Source of the DNA: Bellilinea caldifistulae
GTDB taxonomy: Bacteria > Chloroflexota > Anaerolineae > Anaerolineales > Anaerolineaceae
Assembly (NCBI RefSeq): GCF_001306055.1
Contig: NZ_LGHJ01000009.1
Location: forward strand, 30,001 to 62,000
Direction: 5' to 3'
DNA: 32,000 bases
Shown: positions 1-9,411 of the stretch, in pieces
Position numbering within the stretch: the stretch's first letter is position 1
Layout of the letters: each line of letters starts with the position of its first letter
Program-made: the position numbers and the translations under genes
The notes under the pieces: model-generated
Database searches by the model: none
Seen by the model: the letters and a program-made list of their open reading frames with translations, nothing else
What the model was told of the DNA's origin: nothing

Positions 1-1130
1 CTCAAAGCCAGCATTTCATCAAACGCATTCTGGAAACCATCCCGCATATCATCTACATCATCCACTTGCGGGAAAATCAACTGCGCTACGTCAGTCCCAA
101 AGTCAAGGATCTGCTGGGGTACTCGATCGAAGAAGCCGAAGCCATCCCCTTCCATAAGATTCTCGACGGTGTACATATGGAAGACCGCGAACGCGTCCGG
201 CAGCATTACAAGAACTACCTCAAACAGCCGCCCCTGCAAGCTTTGACCATCGAATACCGTTTGAAGAATGCTGCCGGCCAGTGGCGCTGGCTGCGTAATG
301 TTGAAACCATCTTTTCGCTGGATGGGGTGGGTAACCCGGTCGAAATCATCGGCATCTGCGAGGACATCACCGCCCGCAAAGAGATGGAAGAAAAACTGAG
401 CGCTTCTCAGGTGTATGTTACCCAGACGGCGCGCATGGCGGCCATCGGTCAACTGGCGGCCAGCGTTGCCCATCAGATCAGCAATCCCCTGACCACCATC
501 ATCGCCGATTCCCAGCTGCTGCTGCGCAGTTTGCCGCAGGACGAGGAGCAAGCCGATTCCTTGAAAGCCATTCTTTCGGCCGGCTGGCGGATGCAGGAAG
601 TGATTGATCTCTTAATGAAATTTTCACAGCCGAGCAGCAGCACAAGACAGATATTATCAATTAATGATACAATTAGTAAAGCAATTTTACTGGCGGGATC
701 TCATTTACGTTCCGCACAAATTGATCTGCATCTCAACCTCAGCGAACCCTCCCCATTGATTTTGGGTTTTGAACAACGTCTGGTGGATTTGTGGGTTAAT
801 TTATTGCTTGCGGAACACCCTGCGGATCCCAATCAATCACCCCGCAACATCTGGATCGAATCGCGCAGCGTGGAGGGGGATATTCTTGTAACCATCAGCG
901 ATGATGGCCAACCCATCTCCGCCGAGGAAATGGAAACCCTCTTTGAACCCCAACTGATTCCGCGCGGTACCGGAAGGGGCAACGGCATTGAGCTGAGCCT
1001 GTGCCGGGAGATTGTCCGCCAGCACGAAGGCTCTATTCAAGTCAGCAGTCAAGAGGGAAGAACAGTTTTTACAATTTGCTTGCCTTCAGGAGTGGATGGA
1101 AATGGACGGGAAGAAGATCTTGATAATTGA
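1..1130 (+). CDS. PAS-domain sensor histidine kinase (5' end cut by window edge)
   Basis: The frame is open from the first bases of the window (..QSQHFIKRILETIPHIIYIIHLRENQLRYVSP..), so the listed TTG at 66 is internal. PAS-like N-terminal part. H-box AAIGQLAASVAHQISNPL. HATPase_c boxes DDGQPIS and GRGNGIELSLCREIV. Confidence 0.85.
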   Translation, partial: QSQHFIKRILETIPHIIYIIHLRENQLRYVSPKVKDLLGYSIEEAEAIPFHKILDGVHMEDRERVRQHYKNYLKQPPLQALTIEYRLKNAAGQWRWLRNVETIFSLDGVGNPVEIIGICEDITARKEMEEKLSASQVYVTQTARMAAIGQLAASVAHQISNPLTTIIADSQLLLRSLPQDEEQADSLKAILSAGWRMQEVIDLLMKFSQPSSSTRQILSINDTISKAILLAGSHLRSAQIDLHLNLSEPSPLILGFEQRLVDLWVNLLLAEHPADPNQSPRNIWIESRSVEGDILVTISDDGQPISAEEMETLFEPQLIPRGTGRGNGIELSLCREIVRQHEGSIQVSSQEGRTVFTICLPSGVDGNGREEDLDN

Positions 1131-1866
1131 AGATGATGACATTGTTGCCCGCACCATTGAACGCTGTCTGCGCGGTGGTGAATACCGCGTCACCATTGCC
1201 AGCAGCGGAGTTGAGGGGCTTCAGGCCGCCCGGCGTGACGTGCCCGATCTGGTCATTCTGGATGTAATCATGCCCGGCATGGACGGCTATACCGTCTGTA
1301 AAGAAATGCGGAAGGATACTCTGCTTGCCGAAGTGCCCATTCTCTTCCTGACCGCCAAGACCAAAGACGATGATAAGATCACCGGACTGGCAGCCGGTGC
1401 GGACGATTATCTTGGCAAACCTTTCAATGTGGATGAATTATTGCTGCGCATCAAAGCCATTTTGCGCCGCACCCAACGCATGAAACAGGAAAGCGCACAG
1501 CCAGCCGGGCCGGCCGCCGAAGCCAGCCCACGGAAAGAAGCGCCGGAGCGGATCGTCCGCATCGGCGAGTACACCCTCAACACCCGCACCTTCGAGTTTT
1601 ACAGCCCGCAAACCGGGAAATTCCGCCTGACGCCGGTGCAATACGACTTGCTCTATCACCTGATGACTCATCCCGGTGAAATTTTCTCACCCAACCGCCT
1701 GCTGGATGAGGTATGGGACTACCCCAGCGATGCCGGTAGTCCCGATCTGGTGCGGGTGCACATCAAAAACCTGCGCGAACGTATCGAACTCGATCCAAAA
1801 AATCCGGTCTTTATTCAAACCGTACCGGGCTACGGCTACACCATTCCACTTCCTGAGGAAGGATAG
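1096..1866 (+). CDS. OmpR/PhoB-family response regulator (REC + winged helix)
   Basis: REC motifs KILIIEDDD, DLVILDVIMPGMDG, LTAK. C-terminal winged helix LTPVQYDLLYHLM...VRVHIKNLRERIE...IQTVPGYGY. Start moved to in-frame ATG 1096 (MEMDGKK); the longer ORF from 1012 runs deep into the kinase gene. ATG 1102 is also possible. Confidence 0.9.
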   Translation: MEMDGKKILIIEDDDIVARTIERCLRGGEYRVTIASSGVEGLQAARRDVPDLVILDVIMPGMDGYTVCKEMRKDTLLAEVPILFLTAKTKDDDKITGLAAGADDYLGKPFNVDELLLRIKAILRRTQRMKQESAQPAGPAAEASPRKEAPERIVRIGEYTLNTRTFEFYSPQTGKFRLTPVQYDLLYHLMTHPGEIFSPNRLLDEVWDYPSDAGSPDLVRVHIKNLRERIELDPKNPVFIQTVPGYGYTIPLPEEG

Positions 1867-1883
1867 CGGGGAATTTAACCTTT

Positions 1884-3959
1884 ATGCAGCCAGAAAATTT
1901 ATCGGTCGAATTTGCCGTCTGGGAAAATATCGCAAAAATTTACGAAGCGTTAAGTACACCCGCACCTCTGGAAGACCGCCTGAGGAAGGGATTGAACCTG
2001 CTCATGCAAAATCAGCAGCGGGGTGCGGCAATCTGGCTGGAATCCCCCGAACCGCAATGGGTCAGCCTGAATTGTCCGCTTTCGTGGGATCAGCAGGTTC
2101 ATTTGCAAAGCGGCACACTGCCGGCTCTGATTCAGAAATCAATCCGCAGCGGCGAGGCAATTCTGCAGCCACCCAACAACGAAATCGGTGCCATTCTACC
2201 CATTCAACAGGAAGAAGAAGTTCTCGGTGCATTAATTCTCACCACACCGCCGTTGGCAGACGATGAAATTCCCCTTTGGAAGCAGCGAATTCAGCCCTTC
2301 GCCCGGATGCTGGCCAACGACCACCGCCCCAACTTTACGGAAGCCGACCGGCTCATCTTGCAGGTTCATCAATTCCTCAACGAAATTCATCTGAATTCCT
2401 CCGCGGGGGAAGTTTATCAAGTCACAGCCCAGTTTACGGCAGCTGCCCGTGATTTGATGAACGCCGACGACGCCGCTTTGCTTCTTACCGATAGCGCCAA
2501 TCCCCATCTGGCCATCAAGCGACGTTTGGGGGTTGGCAGGATGTGGAGCGGTCAAATCAGCCTGCGACTGGAAGACAGCCTCACCCGCCACGCCCTGGAA
2601 AGCCGCCAGATTGTGCAAGCCAAACACAACAGCCACCCGCTGTTTCACAGCGAGATTGACCGCTTTCCGGACCTGCCAATCGAAAACCTGATTTGTGCCC
2701 CATTAACCACCGGCGAGACGACTCTGGGCGTGCTGCAAATCATCAATCCGCAGCGCGACCTTAAGAACCCGCTGGTTCACTCAGCCTTTATCCTGCTGGT
2801 CAATTCGCTCACTAACTGGATAATCAAAGAACAGACGGCCACCCGCCTGAAAATTACCAGCGCTGAGATGGAAGCGCGTTTATGGGAGATTACCAAATCG
2901 CGCAATACCCTGCGCACCCTATTCGACAGTATTCCTTCATCTATATATATCATTGATCGTTCCTACCGCATCGTTGCCATCAATATGCCGCGCAGTCAGC
3001 GCGCCCACAGCGACCCGCGCCAGCTGGTTGGTAAAAAATGCTACGAAGTCCTGTACAACCGGGGTGAAATTTGCCCGGAATGCCGGGTCATGGAAACATT
3101 CACCCAGGCGGTCACCACTACCCGCTCAGTCCACGAGTGGCTGGAGGGTGATCGTTTTATTGATTGGGAAATTACCACCTACCCCATCCAGGAAAAAAAC
3201 AACCTTCCCCATCAGGTAATCATCTTTGAACAAGATGTTACCGAAAAACGCAGCCTGGAAGCCAACCTGATCCAATCCGAAAAGATGGCGGCTGTCGGGC
3301 AACTGGCCGCCGGCATCGCTCACGAGATCAACAATCCCCTGGCAGCGATTATTGCCAACACCCAGTTGTTGAAGCGGGAACTACTCAACGACTCGGCGGA
3401 TTTCATGGAAACGCTGCAACTGATCGAAACCGCCGGCCTGCGGGCAGCCAATGTGGTCAGCGGTTTGCTGGGCATTTCCCGTAAGGAAAACAAATACGAA
3501 TTTGAACCACTCTCGCTCAATGAAAGCATCCGTGCTGCATTGGCACTGGTACATCATGATTTAATTCGGCGTTCGATCGAAGTCGTTACCGACTTTCAAG
3601 AGGAAATGCCTTCGCTGATGGCCAGCAAAAATCACCTGCAAAGTATCTGGATTAACCTGCTGGTCAACAGCATGGACGCGATGGACAAAGACAATGGACG
3701 GATTGCGATCACGACCCGTTACGCCGAGCACAACTTCACCATCATCTTTGAAGACAACGGCAAGGGCATCCCGTCGGAATACCTCTCCCGCATTTTTGAG
3801 CCGTTCTTCACCACCAAAGCGGCTGGACGCGGCACGGGTTTAGGACTGGCAATCACCCAACGGGTGGTCAAGGAACATCAGGGGGACATCCGCATTGAAA
3901 GTCAGCCGGGGCAGGGCGTCAAAATCACCATCACCCTGCCGGATATTCCGCGCGGATGA
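1884..3959 (+). CDS. GAF/PAS sensor histidine kinase
   Basis: 691-aa ORF starting 18 nt after the regulator stop. H-box [19 protein letters not shown] and G boxes [30 protein letters not shown]-like N-terminal regions. PAS segment containing [15 protein letters not shown]. Confidence 0.85.
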   Translation: MQPENLSVEFAVWENIAKIYEALSTPAPLEDRLRKGLNLLMQNQQRGAAIWLESPEPQWVSLNCPLSWDQQVHLQSGTLPALIQKSIRSGEAILQPPNNEIGAILPIQQEEEVLGALILTTPPLADDEIPLWKQRIQPFARMLANDHRPNFTEADRLILQVHQFLNEIHLNSSAGEVYQVTAQFTAAARDLMNADDAALLLTDSANPHLAIKRRLGVGRMWSGQISLRLEDSLTRHALESRQIVQAKHNSHPLFHSEIDRFPDLPIENLICAPLTTGETTLGVLQIINPQRDLKNPLVHSAFILLVNSLTNWIIKEQTATRLKITSAEMEARLWEITKSRNTLRTLFDSIPSSIYIIDRSYRIVAINMPRSQRAHSDPRQLVGKKCYEVLYNRGEICPECRVMETFTQAVTTTRSVHEWLEGDRFIDWEITTYPIQEKNNLPHQVIIFEQDVTEKRSLEANLIQSEKMAAVGQLAAGIAHEINNPLAAIIANTQLLKRELLNDSADFMETLQLIETAGLRAANVVSGLLGISRKENKYEFEPLSLNESIRAALALVHHDLIRRSIEVVTDFQEEMPSLMASKNHLQSIWINLLVNSMDAMDKDNGRIAITTRYAEHNFTIIFEDNGKGIPSEYLSRIFEPFFTTKAAGRGTGLGLAITQRVVKEHQGDIRIESQPGQGVKITITLPDIPRG

Positions 3960-3963
3960 GGCT

Positions 3964-4782
3964 TCACAGGCTACGCGCCAACCGAAAACCGATCATCGGC
4001 GAAAGATGGGTGGCCGCCATGCCTTCCCGCGCCGAACAGCGCGCCAGTTTACGCGTGTAATACCACGCCCCGCCGCGGATCACATAGCGCCCGTCCGGGC
4101 GTTGTTCCTCACGGCCATCGGCAGGGTCATACGGGTAAGGCATGTAAAGGGTGCTGGTCCACTCCCACACATTTCCCACCATGTCCGCCGCACCACAAGG
4201 GCTGTCCCCGCCCGGCGAGTAGGAACCCACCGGCGTGGTGCCTTTCTTGGCGCTTTCGGCCGTGTTACAGCGCCACGGGTCAAAGGTATTGCCCCACGGA
4301 TAAATCCGCCCGTCCTCTCCCCTGGCGGCGCGTTCCCACTCGGCTTCGGTCGGCAAACGGTAGTTTGAACCGGTCAACTTGTTCAACCACTCGATATACG
4401 CCATGGCATCCAGTTTGGACACCCCTACAATCGGGTGGAGCGCCTGTTCCAGCGGGTAACGAAAACCGTTCCAGCCCTTGGGTAAGCGATAGCCGGTATC
4501 CTGAATGAAAAGATGATACTCCATGTTCGTTACCGGATACTGGGCGATCTCGTACCCATCCAGCCAGACCACATGCTGGGGCTGTTCAGCGTCGAAAAGA
4601 TCATTGTCGTACCACTCATACGCCCAGTCCGATTCTTTGACCTGCAGGCGTTTGATATCTTCATCGCTGGTGCCCATCAAAAATTCGCCCGCCGGGATCG
4701 GAATCATGATCGGCAGCCGCACGCGGTTGGCAGCCGCCTTTGCCCAATTTTGATCTTTTGGAAGTGAATGCTGCGCTGCCAT
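3964..4782 (-). CDS. FGE-sulfatase (SUMF1/EgtB-like) domain protein, non-canonical
   Basis: Family motifs: IPAGEFLMGT, YRLPTEAEWERAARG, GNVWEWT, RGGAWYY, IGFRLARS. GAGGAGG lies upstream of the ATG. The ATG overlaps the upstream TAA by 1 nt (TAATG on the minus strand). Confidence 0.8.
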   Translation of the reverse strand: MAAQHSLPKDQNWAKAAANRVRLPIMIPIPAGEFLMGTSDEDIKRLQVKESDWAYEWYDNDLFDAEQPQHVVWLDGYEIAQYPVTNMEYHLFIQDTGYRLPKGWNGFRYPLEQALHPIVGVSKLDAMAYIEWLNKLTGSNYRLPTEAEWERAARGEDGRIYPWGNTFDPWRCNTAESAKKGTTPVGSYSPGGDSPCGAADMVGNVWEWTSTLYMPYPYDPADGREEQRPDGRYVIRGGAWYYTRKLARCSAREGMAATHLSPMIGFRLARSL

Positions 4783-5861
4783 TAACCTGCCTCCTCGAAC
4801 GCTCGAATGGTTCGCTCGATTTTCTCAATATTTTCTGCTGCATCTTGACTGAGCGCGTAAAGATATGCTGCACCGGCAGCCCGCTGTTGGGCTGATTCGA
4901 GATGCTCAGCCATACTTAAGATTGCCTTGGTCCACTCGGCTGCCGAATTTTCTATCAGGCAGCCGTATTCCGCCAGCCCCTGCAAGCCCGGTTGATTGCT
5001 GGCAATCCACGGGATTTTCATGGCCATATATTCCAATGCCGGCAGCGGACTCTGGTGAGCTTCAAACTCTCCCCACCCAGCCACCAGTCCAATGTCCACT
5101 CTGCTCAACACCGCCGGATAGTTTTCAACCGCTAATACCGGCACTGCCTCCACTCGTTCGGCTGGCAAGCGGTTCAACCAGTGCATAGCAGAAGAATCCC
5201 CCCCCGTTACCAGCACATTCAAACGGCTCGATCGAGAAAGAGCCTGCTCGATCCCTTCCAGAACGCCGCTACGATACAACGAACTGAACGCCTGCCCGCT
5301 CAGATTCAAGCCAAGCCACTGCCTGTCATCCGGTTTATGATGCGGCACAACCAGATATTCGTTGATGTTCAGATAATCCGCCAGCAATTGTACCCGTCCA
5401 AACGCAAAATAAACCCGCGCCAGCTGCGGGGTAGGCACAAGGATGCCGTCCACCATTTTGAATAACCACTTCAACTGCTCGGCAGGCGGAGGATAGACCG
5501 GGCGCGAGCCATTCAGGTACGGTTGCGGCAGGATACCTTTATGCCAGAAGGAATAACCCGGCCGGTCGGGTTCGAGATGCTCAACGCTCAGGTCAAGGTC
5601 CACCAGTACCCTTTTACCGCGCGCCCGCCAACGGGCAACCGCTGCAAGCGTGTTTTCAAACAGGTAACGGTGGATCACAATCACGTCGGCAGCTGCACAC
5701 ACCTCAACGGCGGGTGGGCGGTTATGAATGAAATCTTCCAGCGTCAGCAAATTAACCACATGACGCCCGCTGGCTTGCAAGGCTGCCGCCGGGTTTTGGC
5801 AGCGGATGTGAACGCGGTACTGATCCTCCGGCAGGGTAGAGTGGACAAAAGTGATCTTCAC
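4782..5861 (-). CDS. Hypothetical GT-B glycosyltransferase-like protein (paralog of the C-terminal half of the upstream gene)
   Basis: 359-aa ORF with GTG start overlapping the upstream stop (GTGA) and a GGGAGG RBS. By eye it aligns with residues about 290-560 of the 570-aa neighbour. Examples: VLVDLDLSVEHL vs LLVDLETDFEQL; ILVPTPQLA vs ITVPSPLQA; EYMAMKIPWIASNQP vs VEAGIKAIPWVGSPV. The family assignment is tentative. Confidence 0.5.
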   Translation of the reverse strand: MKITFVHSTLPEDQYRVHIRCQNPAAALQASGRHVVNLLTLEDFIHNRPPAVEVCAAADVIVIHRYLFENTLAAVARWRARGKRVLVDLDLSVEHLEPDRPGYSFWHKGILPQPYLNGSRPVYPPPAEQLKWLFKMVDGILVPTPQLARVYFAFGRVQLLADYLNINEYLVVPHHKPDDRQWLGLNLSGQAFSSLYRSGVLEGIEQALSRSSRLNVLVTGGDSSAMHWLNRLPAERVEAVPVLAVENYPAVLSRVDIGLVAGWGEFEAHQSPLPALEYMAMKIPWIASNQPGLQGLAEYGCLIENSAAEWTKAILSMAEHLESAQQRAAGAAYLYALSQDAAENIEKIERTIRAFEEAG

Positions 5862-7570
5862 GTGGTTAGCCTCCCTGCTTCAGCCGCTTTGGAGGTTTGA
5901 GCAGACCGGATGGCTTTCTCCAGCGTCCGTAGCCACAGCAGGGTTACCTCACTCGACTCGCGGCTGAGGGCCATCTTTTGTCCCATCAGCCCCATGCCCT
6001 TGCGGTGATCGCCGTCCATGACCAGCTCACGCAGGTGAAGATGCCATTCGTCAATCGAACCGGCCAGGCGGCCGCCGGCCATCCAACGGCTGAACGGCAC
6101 AACCGGACTGCCAACCCATGGGATGGCTTTAATACCGGCTTCCACCAGAATCTGATCCGAAATCGAATCGTTATAGGGGTGGTTGCGCAACGGAATCATC
6201 AGAATATCTACCTGCTCAAGCAGATAGGGAAATTCCTCCACGCCGGTCATCGGCAGGTACATCCGCCGGTTTTCGGCCAGAATATCGAAGAGATGGTAGG
6301 CCTGATAATCCCCAATCACCACCAGGCGGGTGTGGGGGAACTCACGCATCACCCGCACAACGGCGCGGCGGATCGAAGCCAGGTCTTCACTCTGGCTGGG
6401 ATTGGCAACCCAGCCGAGATGAATGGTCTGACGCGGTTCGCCTTCCTGCAGCCAGAGAAAATTGGTGCGCGTCCACCCATCCGGCACATACACGGCCGGC
6501 CTTCCGGCACTTCGCAGCGAGTCGGCTTGCAACGGGGAGGGAACGGTTATGCAGTCGGCCAGCAGCAACGCCGCAGCATAAGCTTTGCCGCGCGCAGGTG
6601 TTCCCAGACCGAACTGCGCATAAAGCGGATGATTAACCGGCAGTTGTTCAAAGTCGGTTTCCAGGTCAACCAGCAGGGGTACGCCCAAACCGGTCAGGCG
6701 AACAATGCCTTCCAGGTTTTCGGGCCTGAGGTGCGGGTTAGGAGCAACGATCAAATCCGGTTGTTGCCCCTCCTGCAAACACTGGCTCAGGCTGCGCTCC
6801 ACAACCGCCCCGGCCTGTTGAAGAGCGGCTTCCAGCAATCCCATGCGGTTTGCCCGCCCAAAGGCTTCACTTTCCAAAAGCAGGACTTTCCACTGGGTAA
6901 AAGAGAGTTTTTGGGCATCCTCTTCCGGGCAAGCGGCTGATTGATCCCGTTCTGCCATTTGGGTTTGAATGGCGGATTGCAAGGCGCGTAAAGCCTGTTC
7001 GATCTCGACATTCCCATCCACCTGCGCCTGCCGGATGTTGATTTCGAGCAGTGCCGGCAAAATTTCATCCATCTCATCCAGGCGTTCGGCGATTTCTCTG
7101 GCGGGATTTTCGGCATGCAGAATACGGTAGAGGATGCCGGCAGCGCGGTTCAGGTCATCCTCGTCAATCTCTTTCCGCCGGCCGGTCAACCGTTGCAGCA
7201 GCCGCCCCACCAAAACCGGATCGTTGGGCAAGGGCTGATTTTGCAGATTCCACGATTCGCTCCACGCTTTTTCGATCTGACGGCGGAGTTCCTCGTTGTG
7301 AGGGTCTAACCACAAGGCACGTTCGTAAAAGCGGCGGGCCTGTCCACCTTCGCCAGCTGCCAGATAGAGATTACCCATTGCCACCAGCGAATCGACATCG
7401 TCGGGGTAATCCTGCAAGATTGCGCTGAACAGTTGCGCAGCTTCTTCCACCCGATTCTCGTCTAAATAGGAACGCCCCAGTGTTTTGCGGATCTTCAAAT
7501 CCGGGGCGCTGACCACAGGCAGAGAATCCACCATCTCGTTTCCTGAACCTTTCCTCGAATCAATACCCAA
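5858..7570 (-). CDS. TPR-repeat protein with C-terminal GT-B glycosyltransferase-like domain
   Basis: The N-terminal ~100 aa show TPR-like repeats (AAQLFSAILQDYPDDVDSLVAMGNLYLAAGEGGQARRFYERALWLDPHN). The C-terminal half resembles GT1/GT4-type C-domains (RLVVIGD...VDILMIPL...ILVEAGIKAIPWVGS). Confidence 0.6.
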   Translation of the reverse strand: MGIDSRKGSGNEMVDSLPVVSAPDLKIRKTLGRSYLDENRVEEAAQLFSAILQDYPDDVDSLVAMGNLYLAAGEGGQARRFYERALWLDPHNEELRRQIEKAWSESWNLQNQPLPNDPVLVGRLLQRLTGRRKEIDEDDLNRAAGILYRILHAENPAREIAERLDEMDEILPALLEINIRQAQVDGNVEIEQALRALQSAIQTQMAERDQSAACPEEDAQKLSFTQWKVLLLESEAFGRANRMGLLEAALQQAGAVVERSLSQCLQEGQQPDLIVAPNPHLRPENLEGIVRLTGLGVPLLVDLETDFEQLPVNHPLYAQFGLGTPARGKAYAAALLLADCITVPSPLQADSLRSAGRPAVYVPDGWTRTNFLWLQEGEPRQTIHLGWVANPSQSEDLASIRRAVVRVMREFPHTRLVVIGDYQAYHLFDILAENRRMYLPMTGVEEFPYLLEQVDILMIPLRNHPYNDSISDQILVEAGIKAIPWVGSPVVPFSRWMAGGRLAGSIDEWHLHLRELVMDGDHRKGMGLMGQKMALSRESSEVTLLWLRTLEKAIRSAQTSKAAEAGRLTT

Positions 7571-7766
7571 TTATCCGGCACTCTAATCTGCACTCTCATC
7601 TTAATCTTCTGGGTACAAAATGCCAATAAAAGCTTGCTGAAAATCCCGTAAAGAACGGATAAAGAGCGGTAATCCTAACCAACGACGCTTTTTTATGCAA
7701 GGATGATCTGTTTTTAACGTCATATTTACAGACGAAAGCGCTTCAATTCGTTAAACTGAACGCGTC

Positions 7767-8459
7767 ATGAGTGATTCTCCGTTTTCACCACTCTTACCGG
7801 TGTATTCCTCCGGCAGGATGAACCCAAGTCCTGCGCTCACGCAGCCGGCTTCTTCATCTCAAAGCAGCGATTTCCAGAACCTGCTGGCTGCCATGATGTT
7901 TTCCGGTGGCGGGCTGGGCAGCAGCCCGGCAGCCGGCAGTGATTTGCTCACCCCGCTTTTGCTGGTGTTGCTGGAGCGGTTAATTGCTCTTCAAACCGAA
8001 CAGACCCCTTCAACCGGCACAATTGCGGGCAGTACGCCTTATGCAGGAGCGTTATTTACGCCGCTTGGTACGGGTGAACCCTCGCCCGTGCCATGGGGAC
8101 GACCGGTAGGCGGGCGGCTGACTCAGGCTTACCACGCCCATCACAACGGACTTGATTTCGGCGTGCCGGTGGGCACTCCCGTTCGCTCGACCATGGATGG
8201 GCGAGTGGTGTATGCCGGCTGGAACGATCAGGGCTATGGGAATCTGGTGATTGTGGAAAATGGCGCTTACCGTACCTATTACGCTCATCTATCCAGTATC
8301 CCGGTTGTTGTCGGTCAACAGGTCAGCGCCGGCACGGTCATTGGACTTTCGGGCAATACCGGCAACTCCACCGGCCCGCATCTTCACTACGAAATTCGGA
8401 TCAATCAAAAAGCCATTGATCCAACCGATGTGACTCTCAACCGTCCGCCGCGCTGGTAA
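7767..8459 (+). CDS. M23 family (LytM-type) metallopeptidase
   Basis: HxxxD motif (HHNGLDFGVPVGTPV) and HxH motif (GNSTGPHLHYEIR). The N-terminal region is low-complexity, Ser/Gly/Pro-rich. Confidence 0.85.
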   Translation: MSDSPFSPLLPVYSSGRMNPSPALTQPASSSQSSDFQNLLAAMMFSGGGLGSSPAAGSDLLTPLLLVLLERLIALQTEQTPSTGTIAGSTPYAGALFTPLGTGEPSPVPWGRPVGGRLTQAYHAHHNGLDFGVPVGTPVRSTMDGRVVYAGWNDQGYGNLVIVENGAYRTYYAHLSSIPVVVGQQVSAGTVIGLSGNTGNSTGPHLHYEIRINQKAIDPTDVTLNRPPRW

Positions 8460-8489
8460 GGAGAGTAACCGCTGGCAGAGGATGGCCGC

Positions 8490-9341
8490 ATGAATCCATA
8501 TCCCCAAAATCTGACCCCCATTTTTGGGGAGTACGCCAACCGCCAGATACCCATCCGGCTATTCAATCACTATCGCGGGATGCCGGTGATCAACGACGGC
8601 TGGATTGAACGCGTGGATGGAGATGGAGTTCTGATCAGCACTCACAAGAACCAGATTGCCTGCCTGTACCTGAGCCACAGTACAGTAGTCGAATTGGAAG
8701 CCTTGCAACTGACCATTTCAGCCCGCGTGATTGGGATTCAGCTGGCCAGCCGTAAAGCGCTGCTGGGCGATTTTCAAGCGATTCCACGGCCTTTCATCCA
8801 CCGCGCCCAAATCCGGGTTGAGCCGGAAGTAGCCGTACAGGTCTTCTTGCGCGCCAAATCCGGCTTTCAGGAAGTCTATGCTGCCATCAAAGACCTTTCC
8901 ACGCAGGGATTGGGCATTTATCTGGAACGAAGCCTGTATCACCCGCGCCTGTACCCGATTGGCGGTGAGATTCAACTCCGTTTCAGCCTGCCGGTAAAGA
9001 ACAAAGGGGGGTCGGGCCTCACCGCTCCGTTGACGTCCCCAAACCTGATCGAGGAACGATTCAGCCGTGAGAACATCCGCGGTTTGCCCCAAGGCGGACA
9101 GCCGCAGAAAATGACCGGTTCGTTAGCCCCCACCGCCGCTGCCGGTACTCTGAACCTGCGCGGGATTATCCGCAACGTCCGACCTGAATTGGGGGCAAAC
9201 CGTTACCGCCTGGGAGTGTTGATCAGCGCCGTGGATGAGAGCAGCCGGTTGACCCTCTATCAATATATGGCTCAGCGTCAGGCAGAATTGATTCGGGAAC
9301 TGAACACACTTTACGAAGGCATTGCCCGGTTGGGCAGTTGA
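8490..9341 (+). CDS. PilZ domain (c-di-GMP binding) protein
   Basis: RxxxR (RAQIR) followed about 35 aa later by DxSxxG (DLSTQG), the PilZ signature. GAGGATGG lies upstream of the ATG. Confidence 0.65.
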   Translation: MNPYPQNLTPIFGEYANRQIPIRLFNHYRGMPVINDGWIERVDGDGVLISTHKNQIACLYLSHSTVVELEALQLTISARVIGIQLASRKALLGDFQAIPRPFIHRAQIRVEPEVAVQVFLRAKSGFQEVYAAIKDLSTQGLGIYLERSLYHPRLYPIGGEIQLRFSLPVKNKGGSGLTAPLTSPNLIEERFSRENIRGLPQGGQPQKMTGSLAPTAAAGTLNLRGIIRNVRPELGANRYRLGVLISAVDESSRLTLYQYMAQRQAELIRELNTLYEGIARLGS

Positions 9342-9360
9342 TAACCCTGGCCCATGCAAA

Positions 9361-9392
9361 AAACCGGCGGAGTGAGGAAACTCCGCCGGTTT
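9361..9392. terminator. Bidirectional intrinsic terminator between convergent PilZ and MCP genes
   Basis: 13-bp stem AAACCGGCGGAGT / ACTCCGCCGGTTT with loop GAGGAA. It is flanked by an A-run upstream and TTTCGTT downstream. Confidence 0.75.
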
Positions 9393-9411
9393 CGTTCAGG
9401 GTGGTTGTGGT

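Noticed and set aside
5978-6940. 320-aa plus-strand ORF inside the TPR/GT-like gene, and similar shadow ORFs at 1676..2266, 3895..4368 and 4865..5900
   Set aside because: They overlap better-supported genes on the opposite strand or in another frame. Their composition is Arg/Gly/Pro-rich, as expected of GC-rich shadow frames.
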